Positions 60,992 through 64,000 of a stretch of 64,000 nucleotides of DNA are shown here, piece by piece. A program made the position numbers and the translations under genes. The notes beneath the pieces are model-generated. The model worked only from the letters and a program-made list of their open reading frames with translations, ran no database searches and was not told the DNA's origin. Within the stretch, counting starts at the first letter, position 1, and each line of letters opens with the position of its first letter. This DNA comes from Spirochaetota bacterium (GTDB lineage: Bacteria > Spirochaetota > UBA4802 > UBA5550). The stretch spans positions 38,807 to 102,806 of the forward strand of contig JAKQPV010000026.1 of assembly GCA_029564515.1 (NCBI GenBank), given 5' to 3'.

Positions 60992-61242
60992 TCTGCTTTC
61001 CCACTCCTGTACATGTTTACTGATATATTGAAGAGCATCACGCGGGATGCCGGGTATTCCGCAGTACGGGGATATAGTTTCCATTACCCGGGAAATGCCC
61101 CTGACGAAAGGACCGCATTACAAGCGGGTAACGCAGTGCGAATTTCGGTCAAACCAGTATGAACACAGCACTATTATTCTGTTACAAATTGTCAATTTAA
61201 TTTCAGAGGACGGCCCTTTTTTACATCTGCCGTGCCGTGGGA

Positions 61243-62292
61243 TCAGAACTGCAGGCGGGTTCCCAACTGGAGGTTGATGTCTTTGCCATTACTGATATTA
61301 ACCATCGTTTCAGCAGTTATTTTCAATACCCAGATATTGATTTCAAGTCCGGCGATATACAGGCCCATAAATCCGCGGGGATAATACTTGTATCGTGCAA
61401 ACGCCATGACCATGCCCAGGCTGGTGCCCAGCGAAGGAATGGCCGCCAGGCCGACACCGCTCGCATCGAGGCTGTTATACCCCCATGTCATGGCCATTCC
61501 GAAACCGGTATAAATATCAAACAGCCAGAAGAGGTTGAAATAGACGATGGCTTGCGCGTTGGCGGAGAGCATCGCGTATTTCATGCTGAAATTGTAGTAC
61601 GCATCCAGTGCAAGGGTGTAGTTCCCGGCCGCGGGTGCGGGCGGACTTGGAACAGAAATACCGGCCATGGTATATTTATACTGGCCGTTGATGCTCATTA
61701 TACCGTCCATGAAATCAGCGCCTGCGCTGAGAGTAAAACCGCCGAACCCGAAGATAAACGGCAGTATTGTTTTCTTGGGTATCGCATTCCAACGGAGCTT
61801 CCCTCCACCTGAATATACGTTGAACTTGTCCAGGGTGGCCGATTTCTGATTCAGGGGCGGACGGTACATGGCGTCACTGAACAGCATTATCTTGAACATG
61901 ATGTCAACGCCCTTTGAAATGCCGAACCCCATATATATCACCGGGTTGGGTGCATAGGCCGGGTACACGCTTTTCTCCCGCGGCACGTCCTCGTCCCAGT
62001 ACTTCATGTTGGAGCATCCGATGGCTGCCGAAACCCCGAAAAACATGTGCGGGAAATTGCCGATGTAGGCGTCTCCGATCGGATATCCGCCCACATTGGC
62101 CATGGCAAACGCCGCGGGATAATTCTTGAAATTTGACGAAACAAGCTTGTCGATGTTATAGATAACATCTGTCAGGCTGGAGATATCAAGCCCGGTCGTT
62201 CCAGGATCAATATAGACCCATGCGAAGGCCGATGTTGATAAAAAACTGGCAAACGCGAAGGCGATGACGGCTGTCAGGAACTTTCTCTTCAT
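61243..62292 (-). CDS. Putative outer-membrane beta-barrel protein
   Basis: Start MKRKFL with signal peptide (AFA|W); amphipathic strands; C-terminal beta-signal LQLGTRLQF. Confidence 0.7.
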   Translation of the reverse strand: MKRKFLTAVIAFAFASFLSTSAFAWVYIDPGTTGLDISSLTDVIYNIDKLVSSNFKNYPAAFAMANVGGYPIGDAYIGNFPHMFFGVSAAIGCSNMKYWDEDVPREKSVYPAYAPNPVIYMGFGISKGVDIMFKIMLFSDAMYRPPLNQKSATLDKFNVYSGGGKLRWNAIPKKTILPFIFGFGGFTLSAGADFMDGIMSINGQYKYTMAGISVPSPPAPAAGNYTLALDAYYNFSMKYAMLSANAQAIVYFNLFWLFDIYTGFGMAMTWGYNSLDASGVGLAAIPSLGTSLGMVMAFARYKYYPRGFMGLYIAGLEINIWVLKITAETMVNISNGKDINLQLGTRLQF

Positions 62293-62456
62293 AGGTGACC
62301 CGAGTTTAATACCTCTATTGTCGGCAAAAGTGTAATCGGAATATAGCCCCACGGGCCACGATTTCCACCTTTTCCTAATAGTACTGACCGAAACGTTTTT
62401 TGTCAACGAATTACTTAAAACAGTGCGAGATACGGAGCGGACCTTTTACGGAGGCA

Positions 62457-63218
62457 TCAATGCTCAGTTAAAACAAGGGGGCCGTTTTCAGTGACCGCGA
62501 TGGTGTGCTCAAAATGTGCCGAAAGACCATCGTCCGCCGTCACCGCCGTCCATCCGTCGCCCAGGAGCTTAACCGCATGACCGCCCTCATTGATCATCGG
62601 CTCCACGGCAAGCACCATGCCCGGCTCAAGGAGAACCCCCATCCCCTTTTTTCCGTAATGGGGAACGACCGGCGGCTCATGCAGAGCAAAACCGACGCCG
62701 TGGCCCGTATAGTTTCGGACCACGCTGAAGCCGCGGGACTCGGCATGCTGCTGGATCGCGTGACCGATGTCGCTGATACGGTTCCCCGGCACCATGACGC
62801 GGATGGCCCGCTGGAGGCAGTCGCTCGTTGTTTCAATCAGGTCTCGCGACTTACCGGTGACCTTTCCGGCGGTAAAGGTACGGCAGGCATCCGAAAAATA
62901 TCCGTTCAGGACAACGCCAGTATCGATTTTCACCAGGTCCCCGCCCGCGATCTTCCGCTTTTTAGAAGGAATGCCGTGCACGACCTCATTGTTGATGGAA
63001 ATGCAGGAAGCGGCGCTGTAACCGGGAACGGTTTTAAATGCAGGTCTCGCTTTCTCTTTGACGATCATCGATTCAATGAGCCGGTCAATATCCCAGGTGG
63101 AAAGCCCGGCAAGCGAGAGCCGGGCCAGCTTGCGGAATATTCCGGCAATGATAACACCGGATTCCCGGATCCGCTGTATCTCCTCGGGTGACTTGAGACG
63201 AACGGTTGCTCTTCTCAT
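62457..63218 (-). CDS. map: Methionine aminopeptidase type I
   Basis: CISINNEVVHGIP, GHGVG..LHE.P, AVEPMIN, SAHFEHT. Confidence 0.96.
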   Translation of the reverse strand: MRRATVRLKSPEEIQRIRESGVIIAGIFRKLARLSLAGLSTWDIDRLIESMIVKEKARPAFKTVPGYSAASCISINNEVVHGIPSKKRKIAGGDLVKIDTGVVLNGYFSDACRTFTAGKVTGKSRDLIETTSDCLQRAIRVMVPGNRISDIGHAIQQHAESRGFSVVRNYTGHGVGFALHEPPVVPHYGKKGMGVLLEPGMVLAVEPMINEGGHAVKLLGDGWTAVTADDGLSAHFEHTIAVTENGPLVLTEH

Positions 63219-63270
63219 GTCACCCGCGGGTTCGGCGGAGCGATTTCGGGAGGATGCTCATGCCCCCTGA

Positions 63271-64000
63271 TTACGCCTCGGCCGCCCTGGAGCCTTCGGC
63301 GGATTTTTCACTCTCTTTAGGGGCAAGCGTAAGCCCGGCCGCCACCTTTATCTTCGCCTCGATTTCCTGCACGGTAGCCGGGTTGTCGGCGAGGTACTTT
63401 TTCGCGTTTTCCCTGCCCTGCCCGATCCGCTCTTCCCCGTAGGAAAACCAGGTGCCGGACTTCTTGATGATTTCATATTTCACACCGAGGTCGAGTATAC
63501 CACCCTCGCGGGAAATGCCGCGATCGAACATGATGTCAAACTCGGCCTGTTTAAAGGGCGGCGCGACCTTGTTCTTCACCACTTTGACCCGAACCCGGTT
63601 GCCGATCGGGTCTTCGCCCGTTTTCAGCGTTTCAACCCGCCGGATGTCCAGGCGGACCGATGAGTAAAATTTCAGGGCGTTGCCGCCGGTCGTGGTCTCG
63701 GGCGAACCGAACATCACGCCGATCTTCATGCGTATCTGGTTTATGAAAATGACACAGGTCTTCGACTTGGAGATGACCGCGGTAAGCTTCCGGAGCGCCT
63801 GGCTCATGAGCCGCGCCTGCAGGCCCATATGTGAATCGCCCATATCGCCGTCGATCTCCGCCTTGGGCACGAGGGCGGCCACGGAGTCGATGACGATGAT
63901 ATCCACAGCGCCGGAGCGGACCAGCGCCTCCACGATCTCAAGGGCCTCTTCGCCGGTGTCCGGTTGCGATACCAGGAGCTCATCGGTTTTCACGCCGAGC
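63271..64000 (-). CDS. recA: Recombinase RecA (5' part lies outside the window)
   Basis: [50 protein letters not shown]. Confidence 0.98.
   Translation of the reverse strand, partial: LGVKTDELLVSQPDTGEEALEIVEALVRSGAVDIIVIDSVAALVPKAEIDGDMGDSHMGLQARLMSQALRKLTAVISKSKTCVIFINQIRMKIGVMFGSPETTTGGNALKFYSSVRLDIRRVETLKTGEDPIGNRVRVKVVKNKVAPPFKQAEFDIMFDRGISREGGILDLGVKYEIIKKSGTWFSYGEERIGQGRENAKKYLADNPATVQEIEAKIKVAAGLTLAPKESEKSAEGSRAAEA

Noticed and set aside
62318-62345. GCCGACAA sigma28-like -10 box upstream of the OMP gene
   Set aside because: Imperfect -10, weak -35 and no flagellar context.

Overview
Core chromosomal segment from a moderately GC-rich spirochete, probably an anaerobic relative of Leptospira. 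The placement is inferred from FcpA, FlaA, an extra FliG and an F-type ATP synthase occurring alongside RnfB and the sulfide-dependent homocysteine pathway. Housekeeping genes include the atp operon, recA (truncated by the window edge), map, lepA, cysS-rlmB, murB, folK, glgP, a CIRCE-controlled triple hsp20 operon and a probable 6S RNA. The strongest discovery candidate is 13.0-19.1 kb. A sigma54-promoted operon encodes a fatty acyl-AMP ligase, an ACP, an alpha-oxoamine synthase (SPT-like) and a bacterial ceramide-synthase-like GNAT. It is transcribed divergently from an SDR that closely resembles eukaryotic 3-ketodihydrosphingosine reductase, which suggests a hybrid sphingolipid/ceramide pathway in a spirochete. 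Other notable items are a SRAP-DUF3795-umuDC mutagenesis cassette with a duplicated 16-bp near-palindrome, a DEDDh-WYL fusion, a stand-alone DnaC-like ATPase, two small ORFs missing from the track and several families of intergenic palindromic repeats. No CRISPR array, tRNA, rRNA, transposase or prophage was seen. All protein calls come from motif recognition by eye; no searches were run.
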